From an uncultured Aminicenantes bacterium (GTDB lineage: Bacteria; Acidobacteriota; Aminicenantia; UBA2199): DNA of 64,000 bases. The stretch covers positions 1 through 64,000 of the forward strand of contig CBDAFS010000055.1 of the NCBI GenBank assembly GCA_965195285.1, given 5' to 3'. Under the pieces are notes generated by a model. It was not told the origin of the DNA. It saw only the letters and a program-made list of their open reading frames with translations, and searched no databases. Position 1 is the stretch's first letter; every line of letters begins with the position of its first letter. Below are positions 18,900 to 28,269 of the stretch, piece by piece. The position numbers and the translations under genes were made by a program.

Positions 18900-20990
18900 A
18901 TGTCAAACACAATGAGACCCTCAACCCTGCAAACCCTGGATCTGGGAACCGTGCTGGATATATTCATCCAGGGTCGGATGCCGGTCAAGTCCCAGGACCT
19001 GGTGGAAAAAGTTTTCGGAACCCTCCCGGAGAACGGCTCACTGGTCATATCCGGTGCCAATGGAATCGTTGGAGCCGGTAAAACCATGCAGCTGAGTTCC
19101 AGACTCCAGCCCTTTAATATCCCGGTAATCGCACTGGACTTTCCGGGTGTTCCGGATGGACTCGGCAGCCAATTTCCGGGATTGAAGCAGGCCTTTGGAC
19201 AGCAGGGAGCCCACCAAATCATGGAAAATGTTATCTCTATGAACTATGACGGCATCAAACTTCCTGCCCGCCTGAAAGGTTTTAATCCACGTTTCCTGCT
19301 GGAGGCCATTCCGGAAATTCTGGAGGTTAAAAAATCCCATTACCAGATTTTCCGATCCAGTTTTCCCGAGATTGAAATCCGCTCGGTGACCTCCGGTTTC
19401 CCCAGCTCCCAGTTGGGTGTGGGTATTGCCCACCCGGCATTTCCCCATGAAATCAACAAGATCTGGGAAGTAGTCGAACCCCGCCCCTCTGCCATCACCC
19501 AGCTGTTCTGGTCTCTGGGAATGATTCCGATCCCGGTCAGCGATCACTGGTCTTTTGTTCTCGATGTTTTATTCTGCGGCCTGGCCTTAACCGGGATCCG
19601 CTACTACCAGGCTTCCAATATGCCCTTCTGGAAAATCGACAAATATATCCGTAAAATGATCGGGGCCAATCCCTTCCGGGCTCATGATGTGATCGGGGCC
19701 AAGGGGGCCAATTTCCTGACCTGGTCCTGCCTGCACGATCTGGGTCAGCAATACGGAGATCTCTTCACTCCCACTTCCGATCTGGTGGAACGCAAGGAAA
19801 GCGGTCAGAACTGGTACCCACCAAATCACAGTCGCCCCATGATCAACTGGACCCTGGACGATTCGGAACATCAGGAATTCAGGACCCGGATCATGGGACC
19901 ACTGTTTCAGATGGCCAGTCTGTTACTGGCCGAAAAACGGGCCCATTTCTCCCACATCAATGCCATTGGCGAACTCTGCGCCCAATTCCGACACGGAATA
20001 CTGGCCGAGATCCGCAACCTGGGCGCTGCCGCTGCCAGGAAAATAGTCGAGGACTACCATTGTCTGCACCCGGAGGCTGCCCAAAAAGCCTGGCACCCGG
20101 ACGTATTTGAAAAGATCAATGATCCGGACTGGCAGCAACTGTACGTCAATGCCGAACATGACGGCCACATCGGGATCCTTACCATCAGCCGTGAAAGCTA
20201 CAACCACGATGTTGATCAGGAACTCAACCGGGCTATTGACTGGCTAAAAAATAGTCGGATCGACCGGGTCATTATCACCAGTGACTTCCACCTCTCCACC
20301 CAGATGATCGGTGCCGATACCAATGATTTCTTCCCGGCCCTGGAACATATGGAATCCGGGCTACAGGTTTCCAAAACCTGGTCGGAAACTGCCCGGAGGC
20401 TGTATAAGGAATTTAAGCTTTCAGTCGGGTTCATAAACGGCAAACGCTGTTTGGGCGGATTTCTGGAATTGATGCTGCACTGCCATTACCTGGTTGCCGT
20501 TGAGGATGCGGACCTGGGTATGCCCGAGGTGACCCTGCCGGTGGTTCCGGGAATGGAAGGTTGCCACTGGCCCTTCCGCAAGGCCCAATCCCGAGATTGG
20601 CCCAAACTGCTCGGACTGTTGCTGGAAGGCCGATTTGTCAAGGCCCGAAACACGGCGGGATGGTTAACCGATTTCAGCGGAAACCTTGACGAATCCCTGA
20701 AAACGGTCTGGAATATCGTCACCGATGGCGACCACAATCTTCCCCTGCGCAAACTGGAGTTAAACGGATTGAAGGACCTGCCCCGGGAAATCAGCGGCTT
20801 GGACCAGACCGGTGATCCGGGAACCGAAGCAGCCAGGAAAGCCATTTTCAAGACCATACAGGATTCCTGCCAGGCCAGCCTGGCCGATGCCCTGGATATT
20901 CAGTCCCGTCATTCGGCCGAATTTATGGTCAGCACCTATTGCATGAAGGGCGCAGTGGGAACCGAGTACAGCAAAACCATGAAAATTTAA
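18900..20990 (+). CDS. 3-hydroxyacyl-CoA dehydrogenase / enoyl-CoA hydratase fusion protein
   Basis: N-terminal Rossmann GANGIVGAG and EAIPE..VK; C-terminal crotonase NGKRCLGGFLEL..CHY and LGMPEVTL. Confidence 0.8.
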   Translation: MSNTMRPSTLQTLDLGTVLDIFIQGRMPVKSQDLVEKVFGTLPENGSLVISGANGIVGAGKTMQLSSRLQPFNIPVIALDFPGVPDGLGSQFPGLKQAFGQQGAHQIMENVISMNYDGIKLPARLKGFNPRFLLEAIPEILEVKKSHYQIFRSSFPEIEIRSVTSGFPSSQLGVGIAHPAFPHEINKIWEVVEPRPSAITQLFWSLGMIPIPVSDHWSFVLDVLFCGLALTGIRYYQASNMPFWKIDKYIRKMIGANPFRAHDVIGAKGANFLTWSCLHDLGQQYGDLFTPTSDLVERKESGQNWYPPNHSRPMINWTLDDSEHQEFRTRIMGPLFQMASLLLAEKRAHFSHINAIGELCAQFRHGILAEIRNLGAAAARKIVEDYHCLHPEAAQKAWHPDVFEKINDPDWQQLYVNAEHDGHIGILTISRESYNHDVDQELNRAIDWLKNSRIDRVIITSDFHLSTQMIGADTNDFFPALEHMESGLQVSKTWSETARRLYKEFKLSVGFINGKRCLGGFLELMLHCHYLVAVEDADLGMPEVTLPVVPGMEGCHWPFRKAQSRDWPKLLGLLLEGRFVKARNTAGWLTDFSGNLDESLKTVWNIVTDGDHNLPLRKLELNGLKDLPREISGLDQTGDPGTEAARKAIFKTIQDSCQASLADALDIQSRHSAEFMVSTYCMKGAVGTEYSKTMKI

Positions 20991-21047
20991 TTTGTTTAGG
21001 ATTTCAAATGTTGTGCTTCTAATCTGGTCTTTCTGGAATTTTTGATA

Positions 21048-21076
21048 TTGACAGCATCCCAAAAACAATTTATAAT
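21048..21076 (+). promoter_or_regulatory. Consensus sigma70 promoter (predicted leaderless) for the carbamoyltransferase
   Basis: TTGACA(21048)-17 nt-TATAAT(21071), then 7 nt to ATG 21084. No SD. Confidence 0.8.
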
Positions 21077-21083
21077 TCACTCC

Positions 21084-22904
21084 ATGTATATATTAGGAAT
21101 ATCCGCCTTCTATCATGACAGTGCCGTGGCCCTGATCCGGGACGGTGAAATCATATATGCTGCCCAGGAAGAGCGGTTTACCCGAAAAAAACACGATTCC
21201 GAATTTCCGGAACAGGCTCTGCAGAATTGCTTTCTCAGTACCGGAATCAAAGTTGATCATCTGGATTATGTGGTTTTTTATGAAAAACCCTTCCTTAAAC
21301 TGGACCGGCTGCTGGCCACCTACATGCAGTTTGCCCCCCGGGGACTGATCAGCTTTTTAAAAGCCATCCCCATCTGGACCAAGCAGAAGATTTTTATCAA
21401 GGAAATTATCAAGGAGAAAATCGGAAGATCGGATATTCCCATTTTGTTTACCATACACCACGAATCCCATATCGCCTCTGCTTTTTTCCCCTCACCCTAT
21501 GAAAATGCGGCTATTGTGACGGTTGACGGTGTCGGAGAATGGGACACCCTGACCATTTCGGAAGGTTCTGGCAATGACTTCAAGATCCATCACAAAATCT
21601 CCTTCCCCCACTCCCTGGGATTACTGTATTCGGCCTTTACCTATTTTACCGGCTTTAAGGTTAATTCCGGCGAGTACAAACTGATGGGACTGGCACCCTA
21701 TGGCGAACCCAAATACAAGGATCTCATTCTCAAGGAATTGATTGATGTAAAGCCTGACGGGAGTTTTCGCCTGAACCTGAAATATTTTAACTATCATGTC
21801 GGTTTGACCATGACCAATAAAAAATTCGATGAGTTGTTCAACACCACACGGAGAAGACCGGAATCCAAAATCAGACCGATCGATATGGACCTGGCTGCAT
21901 CCATCCAGAAAGCCATCGAGGAAATTATCGAAAAGATCATCATCCATACCCGAACCTTGGTCAATTCCGACAACCTATGTCTGGCCGGCGGTGTGGCCCT
22001 GAACTGCGTGGCAAATGGGAAAATTCTGAAAAAACAGATTTTCAAGAACATCTGGATCCAGCCGGCAGCTAGTGATGCCGGGGGTGCTCTGGGCGCAGCC
22101 CTCTATGTCTGGTACAAGCACCTGAAAAATCCGCGGACAGTGGTTGAAAATAAAGACAGCCAAAGAGGTTCATTCCTGGGCCCCCACTATCCAAAAAAAG
22201 AAATTATACAATTTCTGAGATCTAATAATATCAACCATATTGAATTGCCCCGGTCCGAAATGACCCGAAAGATCGCAGAGCTTTTAAAAGATCAAAAAGT
22301 GGTGGGATTTTTTCAGGGGAAAATGGAATTCGGACCCCGGGCTCTGGGTTCCAGAAGTATCCTGGCCGATGCCCGTTCGGAGATCATGCAATCCATCATG
22401 AATTTAAAAATAAAATTCAGGGAATCCTTCCGGCCTTTTGCCCCTTCCCTGCTGGTGGAAAAAGTTGAGGACTTCTTTGACTTCAACCATCCTTCTCCCT
22501 ACATGCTGCTGGTCTATGATCTGAACAACGGTAAAAGAAAAAATATTTCGAAAAAAGACAGGACTAAAACAGGCCTGGACAAACTGAATATAAAACGATC
22601 GGATATTCCGGCAATTACCCATGTGGATTACTCGGCAAGAATTCATACCGTTGATCGGGAAGTCAATCCTTTTTATTATTCGGTTATTCAGGAATTTCAC
22701 AAATTGACCGGATGCCCGATGATCATCAATACCTCTTTTAATATCAGGGGAGAACCCATTGTGAACTCCCCCGAAGATGCCTATCGCTGTTTCATGAGGA
22801 CCAACATGGATTACCTGGTACTGGAAGATTTTCTGATCGAGAAACAAAAACAGGATTTCATTGAAACCGATGAAAACTGGATAAGGGAATTTGAACTGGA
22901 CTGA
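21084..22904 (+). CDS. Carbamoyltransferase, NodU/CmcH/SxtI family
   Basis: ILGISAFYHDS, EERFTRKKH, HHESH, DGVGE, EYKLMGLA, EFGPRALG, KFRESFRPFAP, NTSFN. Confidence 0.93.
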   Translation: MYILGISAFYHDSAVALIRDGEIIYAAQEERFTRKKHDSEFPEQALQNCFLSTGIKVDHLDYVVFYEKPFLKLDRLLATYMQFAPRGLISFLKAIPIWTKQKIFIKEIIKEKIGRSDIPILFTIHHESHIASAFFPSPYENAAIVTVDGVGEWDTLTISEGSGNDFKIHHKISFPHSLGLLYSAFTYFTGFKVNSGEYKLMGLAPYGEPKYKDLILKELIDVKPDGSFRLNLKYFNYHVGLTMTNKKFDELFNTTRRRPESKIRPIDMDLAASIQKAIEEIIEKIIIHTRTLVNSDNLCLAGGVALNCVANGKILKKQIFKNIWIQPAASDAGGALGAALYVWYKHLKNPRTVVENKDSQRGSFLGPHYPKKEIIQFLRSNNINHIELPRSEMTRKIAELLKDQKVVGFFQGKMEFGPRALGSRSILADARSEIMQSIMNLKIKFRESFRPFAPSLLVEKVEDFFDFNHPSPYMLLVYDLNNGKRKNISKKDRTKTGLDKLNIKRSDIPAITHVDYSARIHTVDREVNPFYYSVIQEFHKLTGCPMIINTSFNIRGEPIVNSPEDAYRCFMRTNMDYLVLEDFLIEKQKQDFIETDENWIREFELD

Positions 22905-23296
22905 TGAAAAAAATCGAATATAACCCCAAACAAGTCCGAATATTTTCAGTCCTGCTGTTTATCTTGATCGCATTTATTACTTATAAGCTGACCCTGTCAC
23001 TGGATTTTCCACTTCGAATCATTCCATTTTCGGTTGAGGGATTGATTTTGCTATCCATCCTGCTCAAGCCAGAATATTTCTACCCGGTATTCCGAACCGC
23101 CCTGATCATTTCATCCTTCATCGGCAATATCATTTTCAAAATCATTTCCACGATGGTTTTTTACTTCATTCTGACCCCCATTTCTCTAACCATGCGCCTA
23201 TTTGGCAAGACTTTTTTGATCCACAAAACCAACCCCAAAATGGAAACCTACTATGAAGACTACACCGACCATGCCGGTATTGAAAAACAATTTTAA
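22904..23296 (+). CDS. SxtJ family membrane protein
   Basis: Hydrophobic 130 aa with FYFILTPISL and a C-terminal EKQF; follows the carbamoyltransferase. Confidence 0.75.
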   Translation: MKKIEYNPKQVRIFSVLLFILIAFITYKLTLSLDFPLRIIPFSVEGLILLSILLKPEYFYPVFRTALIISSFIGNIIFKIISTMVFYFILTPISLTMRLFGKTFLIHKTNPKMETYYEDYTDHAGIEKQF

Positions 23297-23310
23297 CAGG
23301 AGTTTTGCAG

Positions 23311-23469
23311 ATGTCAAAAATAAGCATTCTCAAAGAATTCTGGGATTTCATTAAATTTCATAAAAAATTTTGGATGATCCCCATCCTTGTTATACTGCTG
23401 TTAATCGGATTGCTCATCGTTTTAACCGAAGGCAGCGCCATAACCCCTTTCATTTATACCCTGTTCTAG
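23311..23469 (+). CDS. DUF5989/SxtK-like small membrane protein, 52 aa (absent from the ORF track)
   Basis: MSKISILKEFWDFIKFHKKFWMIPILVILLLIGLLIVLTEGSAITPFIYTLF; SD AGGAG upstream. Confidence 0.88.
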   Translation: MSKISILKEFWDFIKFHKKFWMIPILVILLLIGLLIVLTEGSAITPFIYTLF

Positions 23470-23480
23470 AATCCGGTACC

Positions 23481-24512
23481 ATGCGGGAAAATGAAAGAGA
23501 CTTTCTTAATTCTCATATTGAAACCCTGGCCTGCCCCCGCTGCCGGGGAGAACTGAAACTCAGCCGGGAAAACCTGGTCTGCCAGAGCTGCCATCAGGAC
23601 TACCACACCCCGGACAATATCATTCGCCTGTTCTGGCCCAATGAATGGGAAGCCGGTAAAGGGGATGTTACTGAAAGAATCAAGGCCTTTTATGAAGAGA
23701 CCCCTTTCCCCGACTATGATGAATATGACAACATCGGTAGCCTGATTGAAAAATCCAGAAGGGGTGTCTTTGCCAAATTGCTGGACGATCAAATTCCCTT
23801 CGGTACCCGGATCCTGGAATGCGGCTGTGGTACCGGGCAACTGACCAATTTTCTATCCGTGGCCAATCGGACCGTTATTGGTACAGATATATGTTTAAAC
23901 TCCCTGCAGATGGCCCAAGATTTTAAAGAACACAATGAGCTGAACAATGCCTTTTTCATTCAGATGAATTTGTTCCGGCCCTGTTTCCAGCCCAACAGTT
24001 TTGATCTGGTCATTTCCAACGGAGTCCTGCATCATACCAGTGATCCGTTTCTGGGTTTTAAAACCCTGTCCGAACTGGTCAAACCCCGGGGATATATTCT
24101 CATCGGCCTTTACCACAAGCACGGACGGATATTTACCGATATCAAGCGTTTTCTCTTTAAAATATCGAGAGACAAACTGAAGTTCCTGGACCGTCGGACC
24201 ATCAACAAAAACATCAGCGAGTCCAAGAGAAATTCCTGGTTCAACGATCAGTACAAAAACCCCCATGAATCCAAGCACACCATTGGAGAAGTACTTCAAT
24301 GGTTAAAGGACATCGGCTTTACCTTTGTCAAAAGCATTCCCAAAACCGTACCCTTCGAGGGTTTCCGGGAATCCGAAAAATTATTCAAACCGGACAAACC
24401 GGGAAACAAACTGGCCCGATCCATGGTGGAATTCAGCAAAATATTCACCGGCAGCGGGGAAGGGGGATTTTTTATCATCATTGCCAAAAAACCCGACCCT
24501 TCCCCGACCTGA
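23481..24512 (+). CDS. Class I SAM-dependent methyltransferase with N-terminal Trm112-like Zn ribbon
   Basis: LACPRC...CQSC, FYEETPFPDY, ILECGCGTG, NGVLHHT. Start moved to ATG 23481. Confidence 0.85.
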   Translation: MRENERDFLNSHIETLACPRCRGELKLSRENLVCQSCHQDYHTPDNIIRLFWPNEWEAGKGDVTERIKAFYEETPFPDYDEYDNIGSLIEKSRRGVFAKLLDDQIPFGTRILECGCGTGQLTNFLSVANRTVIGTDICLNSLQMAQDFKEHNELNNAFFIQMNLFRPCFQPNSFDLVISNGVLHHTSDPFLGFKTLSELVKPRGYILIGLYHKHGRIFTDIKRFLFKISRDKLKFLDRRTINKNISESKRNSWFNDQYKNPHESKHTIGEVLQWLKDIGFTFVKSIPKTVPFEGFRESEKLFKPDKPGNKLARSMVEFSKIFTGSGEGGFFIIIAKKPDPSPT

Positions 24513-24534
24513 TTCATCGGAGGAGATATAGAAA

Positions 24535-25716
24535 ATGACAGAAAATAAAGCAACACCGGCTGACAGCTTTAAACTCAAGTTATTCACCGTGGTGCTTACC
24601 ACCCTGGTCATGCTCCTGATCATGGAACTGGCTCTCCAAATCATAATCCGGGTCCGGGACGGCAGGTGGTTATTTCAGCGTCCGGTTAGCTCAAAAGTAG
24701 TCTATACCAAGATTGTCAAGGACAATCGGAAATTCACCCTGAAACCGGGTTTTGTCTCCCAGAACCGGGGAATGATCATTGACAAACAGGGATTTCGCCA
24801 GGGGCCTTTCCCCATTGACCGGGAAAATAAAATCATTGTCAATGCCGGGGACTCTATCGCTTTCGGGGTCAGCGTGAGAAATGACCAGACTTACCCCTAC
24901 TATCTGGCCCGGCTGGTTCGAGAAAGGGGAATTCCGGTCAATGTGTTAAACAGCGGCATCCCTTCCTATAATATGTGGCAATCGTTCGAGCGGCTGCGTC
25001 GGGAAGTTTTTACCCAGTACGACATATCTCGGATTGCAGTAGTAACCATTCAGGCAGCCAATGATGTTTTTCTGCTGAGTTATTACCGGGGAAAATGGTT
25101 TCCGGAAATAACCTGGGCGGACCGGCGTTTCATCATCAAACCATCGATCTGGGATAAAATCGCTACGGTTCACTACGCCAAACAGGTCATCAATAAAATT
25201 TCTGACCGCAACCAAGCCCGGTACAACCGACAGGAACGCATCGCTCGGCTCAATCAAAAGAAGAAACAGAAATATTTCAACTATGAGGGTAAACGCAAAA
25301 AATATGACCGCTACGAAGGGGAAGAAATGCTGGAAATGGTCCGGGCCACCCTGCACCGGGAACTACCCCTGTACCGGGAACACAATATAAAGGTCATTCT
25401 GATGCCCATCGATCCCTTTTACTATCAGCTCAGTAATGTGAAAAAAAATCCTGCCCTTAAAAAATGGAAAACCCTTCAATACATCGTCAAAGCAGCCCGG
25501 GACCTGATTTTTTCATTCAATGAGCTTCTGATAGAGGTCAGCCATGAATACGACCATGTGTTTTTTCTGGATACCCGGTCCATCATGGATACCCAGAACC
25601 GGGATGAAACCCATGCCGATCACATCCATTACTCATCCAGGGGGAATAAACTGGCCGCGGGTGCCTTGCTGGAATTCATGATTCAACACGACATGCTGCC
25701 CCAACCCCTGAATTAA
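24535..25716 (+). CDS. Membrane-anchored SGNH/GDSL hydrolase
   Basis: N-terminal TM helix, GDSIAFG, NSG, AND, DHIH. Confidence 0.8.
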   Translation: MTENKATPADSFKLKLFTVVLTTLVMLLIMELALQIIIRVRDGRWLFQRPVSSKVVYTKIVKDNRKFTLKPGFVSQNRGMIIDKQGFRQGPFPIDRENKIIVNAGDSIAFGVSVRNDQTYPYYLARLVRERGIPVNVLNSGIPSYNMWQSFERLRREVFTQYDISRIAVVTIQAANDVFLLSYYRGKWFPEITWADRRFIIKPSIWDKIATVHYAKQVINKISDRNQARYNRQERIARLNQKKKQKYFNYEGKRKKYDRYEGEEMLEMVRATLHRELPLYREHNIKVILMPIDPFYYQLSNVKKNPALKKWKTLQYIVKAARDLIFSFNELLIEVSHEYDHVFFLDTRSIMDTQNRDETHADHIHYSSRGNKLAAGALLEFMIQHDMLPQPLN

Positions 25717-25723
25717 CGGCCGG

Positions 25724-26803
25724 CTAATGGCCGATAATGGTTAAATTTCTCTCCAGTTGATCCGGGTGGAAAGAGGCACTCTTTGCTTCGGACAGGCTGA
25801 TCTTGTTGCTTTCAACCATCTCGACCAGGTGCTGGTCAAAAGTTTGCATGCCCAGATCCTTGTTTTTCTCCATATACTTGGGGATTTCAACTGTCTTTTC
25901 CGGGGTTTTAATGCATATCTCGATGGTTTTATTGACAATCATCACTTCGCAGGCCGGGACCAGTGAGGTTCCATCTTTGTTGACCATTAATTTCATTGAG
26001 ATAATGACCATAAGATTTTCGGACAATCTCTGTCTGAGATTTTGCTGCGCCTCGGTAGGGAAAAATCCGATCAGGCGGCCAAAGGTCCTCAACACATCCG
26101 GGGTATGAATGGAACCCATTACCAGGTGACCGGTCTCGGCTGCCTTCAGGCAGGTGTCAACTGTCTGGAGGTCCCGGAGCTCTCCCACCATGATGATGTC
26201 CGGATCCTGTCTCAGGGCCGCCCTGAGGGCCATTTTGAAGGAATCGGTGTCCGATCCCACTTCTCTTTGAGAAATAATGGAATTTTTGTTCTTAAATAGA
26301 AATTCAATCGGATCCTCGATGGTAACAATATGGCAGTGTCGGGTATGATTGATGTGATTTATCATGGCCGCCAGTGTAGTTGATTTACCCATCCCGGTGG
26401 CCCCGGTAACCAGGATCAACCCGCAGCGCAGATCCGATATTTGGTTCAACACCGGTGGAAGGTTCAACTCGGTAAAGGAACGGACTTCCAGTGGAATCAC
26501 CCTCAAAACCGCTGCATACTTACCATTTTGACGAAAAACATTCACCCGGAATCGGGAAACATCGTCAAGTTGAAATGACCCGTCATATTCCCGAACCTCT
26601 TTTCTAAAAGTCTCCGCTTCTTTGATTCCGGTTAAATACAAGCCAATCGATAACATATCTTCATCGGTCAGGGAGGGGTGTTTGATGTGAATCAGTTCAC
26701 CCTGAAGGCGCAGAACCGGAGGTTCTCCCACCTGCAAATGGATATCGGAAGCATTTTTCTGAACCGCAAAGGTCAGGATAGTCTTCAAATTTATTTTTGC
26801 CAT
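25724..26803 (-). CDS. pilT: PilT/PilU family type IV pilus retraction ATPase
   Basis: ASDIHL, GATGMGKST, EDPIE, ALRQDPDIIMVGELRD, TGHLV, GMQTFDQ. Confidence 0.9.
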   Translation of the reverse strand: MAKINLKTILTFAVQKNASDIHLQVGEPPVLRLQGELIHIKHPSLTDEDMLSIGLYLTGIKEAETFRKEVREYDGSFQLDDVSRFRVNVFRQNGKYAAVLRVIPLEVRSFTELNLPPVLNQISDLRCGLILVTGATGMGKSTTLAAMINHINHTRHCHIVTIEDPIEFLFKNKNSIISQREVGSDTDSFKMALRAALRQDPDIIMVGELRDLQTVDTCLKAAETGHLVMGSIHTPDVLRTFGRLIGFFPTEAQQNLRQRLSENLMVIISMKLMVNKDGTSLVPACEVMIVNKTIEICIKTPEKTVEIPKYMEKNKDLGMQTFDQHLVEMVESNKISLSEAKSASFHPDQLERNLTIIGH

Positions 26804-27098
26804 CGTTATCTCCTAAATATATAGACAAACAACCTGATATTTTTAGCCCGGTTCTGGGTTAATTTTAACATGCTTTTAATTTTTTTATCAACCCTTTCCC
26901 TTTCATCTGACCAGAAATTCATGTTTTCAGTATCCATATCATAGAAAAATCTCTTTGAGAATGCAATACAAGCAAGAAAAATATTTATTTTTATCCGCTT
27001 TACACTATTTTAAGAATGATTGTAACCATTTGGGATCAATCGAGTATTCCCTATCTATAAGATTTTTTTATCCAAATATTATTAAAAGGAGAAATAAA

Positions 27099-27929
27099 AT
27101 GAAAAAACTGATCATGATGGTGCTGCTGGTTTTACTTATTATCAGCCAGGCGGTTGCCCTGGACAAAATAAGCGGGCGCTGGGAGGCGGATCTGGATTCG
27201 GACATGATCTGGATCCGAATGACCGTTGACCGTGACGGAGAAAACCGGTGGCAGACATCCAACCGTTTTACCAGGGAGGAATTTTTCGGATTGGTTACAG
27301 GTCGGGAAACCAGCTTCAGGATGATCCGGGAGGCCGGCACTATTGAATTCACCGGGAAATTCAACGGGCAGAGCGGTTCGGGCCAATTCGTATTTAAGGT
27401 CAATCCCGAATACCAGGCGTTTTTGAAAAGCAAAGGATTTACCCATGTATCCATGTCCAAGCTGTTCTCTTTGGCCCTTTTCAGGGTAAACCGGAAATAT
27501 ATTAACGGGATTTTCAAATTGGGCTACCAGGATATCAGCCTATCAAAACTGATTGCCTTTGCGGTTCACCGGGTGAGCATCGATTTCATAAAATCCATTC
27601 ATAAACTGGGTTATAGAGATATTTCGGCTTCAAAACTCATCAGTTTCAGGGTGCATGACATAGGCCTGGAATTCATCAGCCAGGTTCACGACCTCGGTTT
27701 CAAATCGATTTCCCCCTCCAAACTCATCTCATTCGCTGTTCACAAGGTGACCCCCGGTTTCATCCAGGATGTTCATACCCTGGGATACAAGGATATCTCT
27801 CCATCCAAACTTATCAGTTTCAAGATTCACAACGTTGATAAAGAATTCATCGAGAAAATTCAAAAAAGACGGGACAAGGATATTTTACCGAGCAAAATCA
27901 TCAGCTACAAGATCCACTGCTGCGATTGA
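27099..27929 (+). CDS. Secreted protein with about six 29-aa helical repeats
   Basis: SD AAGGAG, signal peptide MKKLIMMV...AVA, repeats LGYxDISxSKLIxFxxHxVxxxFI. Confidence 0.8.
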   Translation: MKKLIMMVLLVLLIISQAVALDKISGRWEADLDSDMIWIRMTVDRDGENRWQTSNRFTREEFFGLVTGRETSFRMIREAGTIEFTGKFNGQSGSGQFVFKVNPEYQAFLKSKGFTHVSMSKLFSLALFRVNRKYINGIFKLGYQDISLSKLIAFAVHRVSIDFIKSIHKLGYRDISASKLISFRVHDIGLEFISQVHDLGFKSISPSKLISFAVHKVTPGFIQDVHTLGYKDISPSKLISFKIHNVDKEFIEKIQKRRDKDILPSKIISYKIHCCD

Positions 27930-28190
27930 ACCACTGCCATGATGGTCCCCTTGGCTGCTGGATATCTGATGATTGCGGCCCGGTCCCTGGGATACGGCAC
28001 GGTCTATTACACCGATTTCATCCCCGACGATTTGACCATGAAGGTTTTCAATATCCCCGAACAGTTCGAGCGGATATGTATCACTCCACTGGGCATACCG
28101 GAAGCCTGGCCCAAATCCCCTCAGAAAAAAACCCTGGAAGAATTCGTGGTATTGGAAAAATTCGTCAAGGGCGTATATCACACCGAGTAG
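27929..28190 (+). pseudogene. Nitroreductase C-terminal remnant with a probable +1 frameshift
   Basis: cat gat ggt ccc [c] ttg gct gct reads HDGP/LAAGYLMIAARSLGYGTV...ITPLGIP. The N-terminal half is absent. Confidence 0.65.
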
Positions 28191-28269
28191 ATAAACAGAT
28201 ACTCAATTTCCGTACTTGCATTAAGCCCAATATTCGATATAATGATGTCTTATATATTGGGAATTTATC

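Noticed and set aside
21084-23469. Saxitoxin biosynthesis cluster
   Set aside because: Only sxtIJK-like genes are present; no sxtA/G/B homologues are in the window.
23370-23480. Extended starts in the ORF track (23370; also 8730, 21042, 26955, 58655, 63420)
   Set aside because: They overlap upstream genes, promoters or the riboswitch; downstream starts fit the SD, promoter or family N-terminus better.
27432-27918. CRISPR-like periodic DNA
   Set aside because: The 87-nt period is an in-frame protein repeat; there are no spacers and no cas genes.
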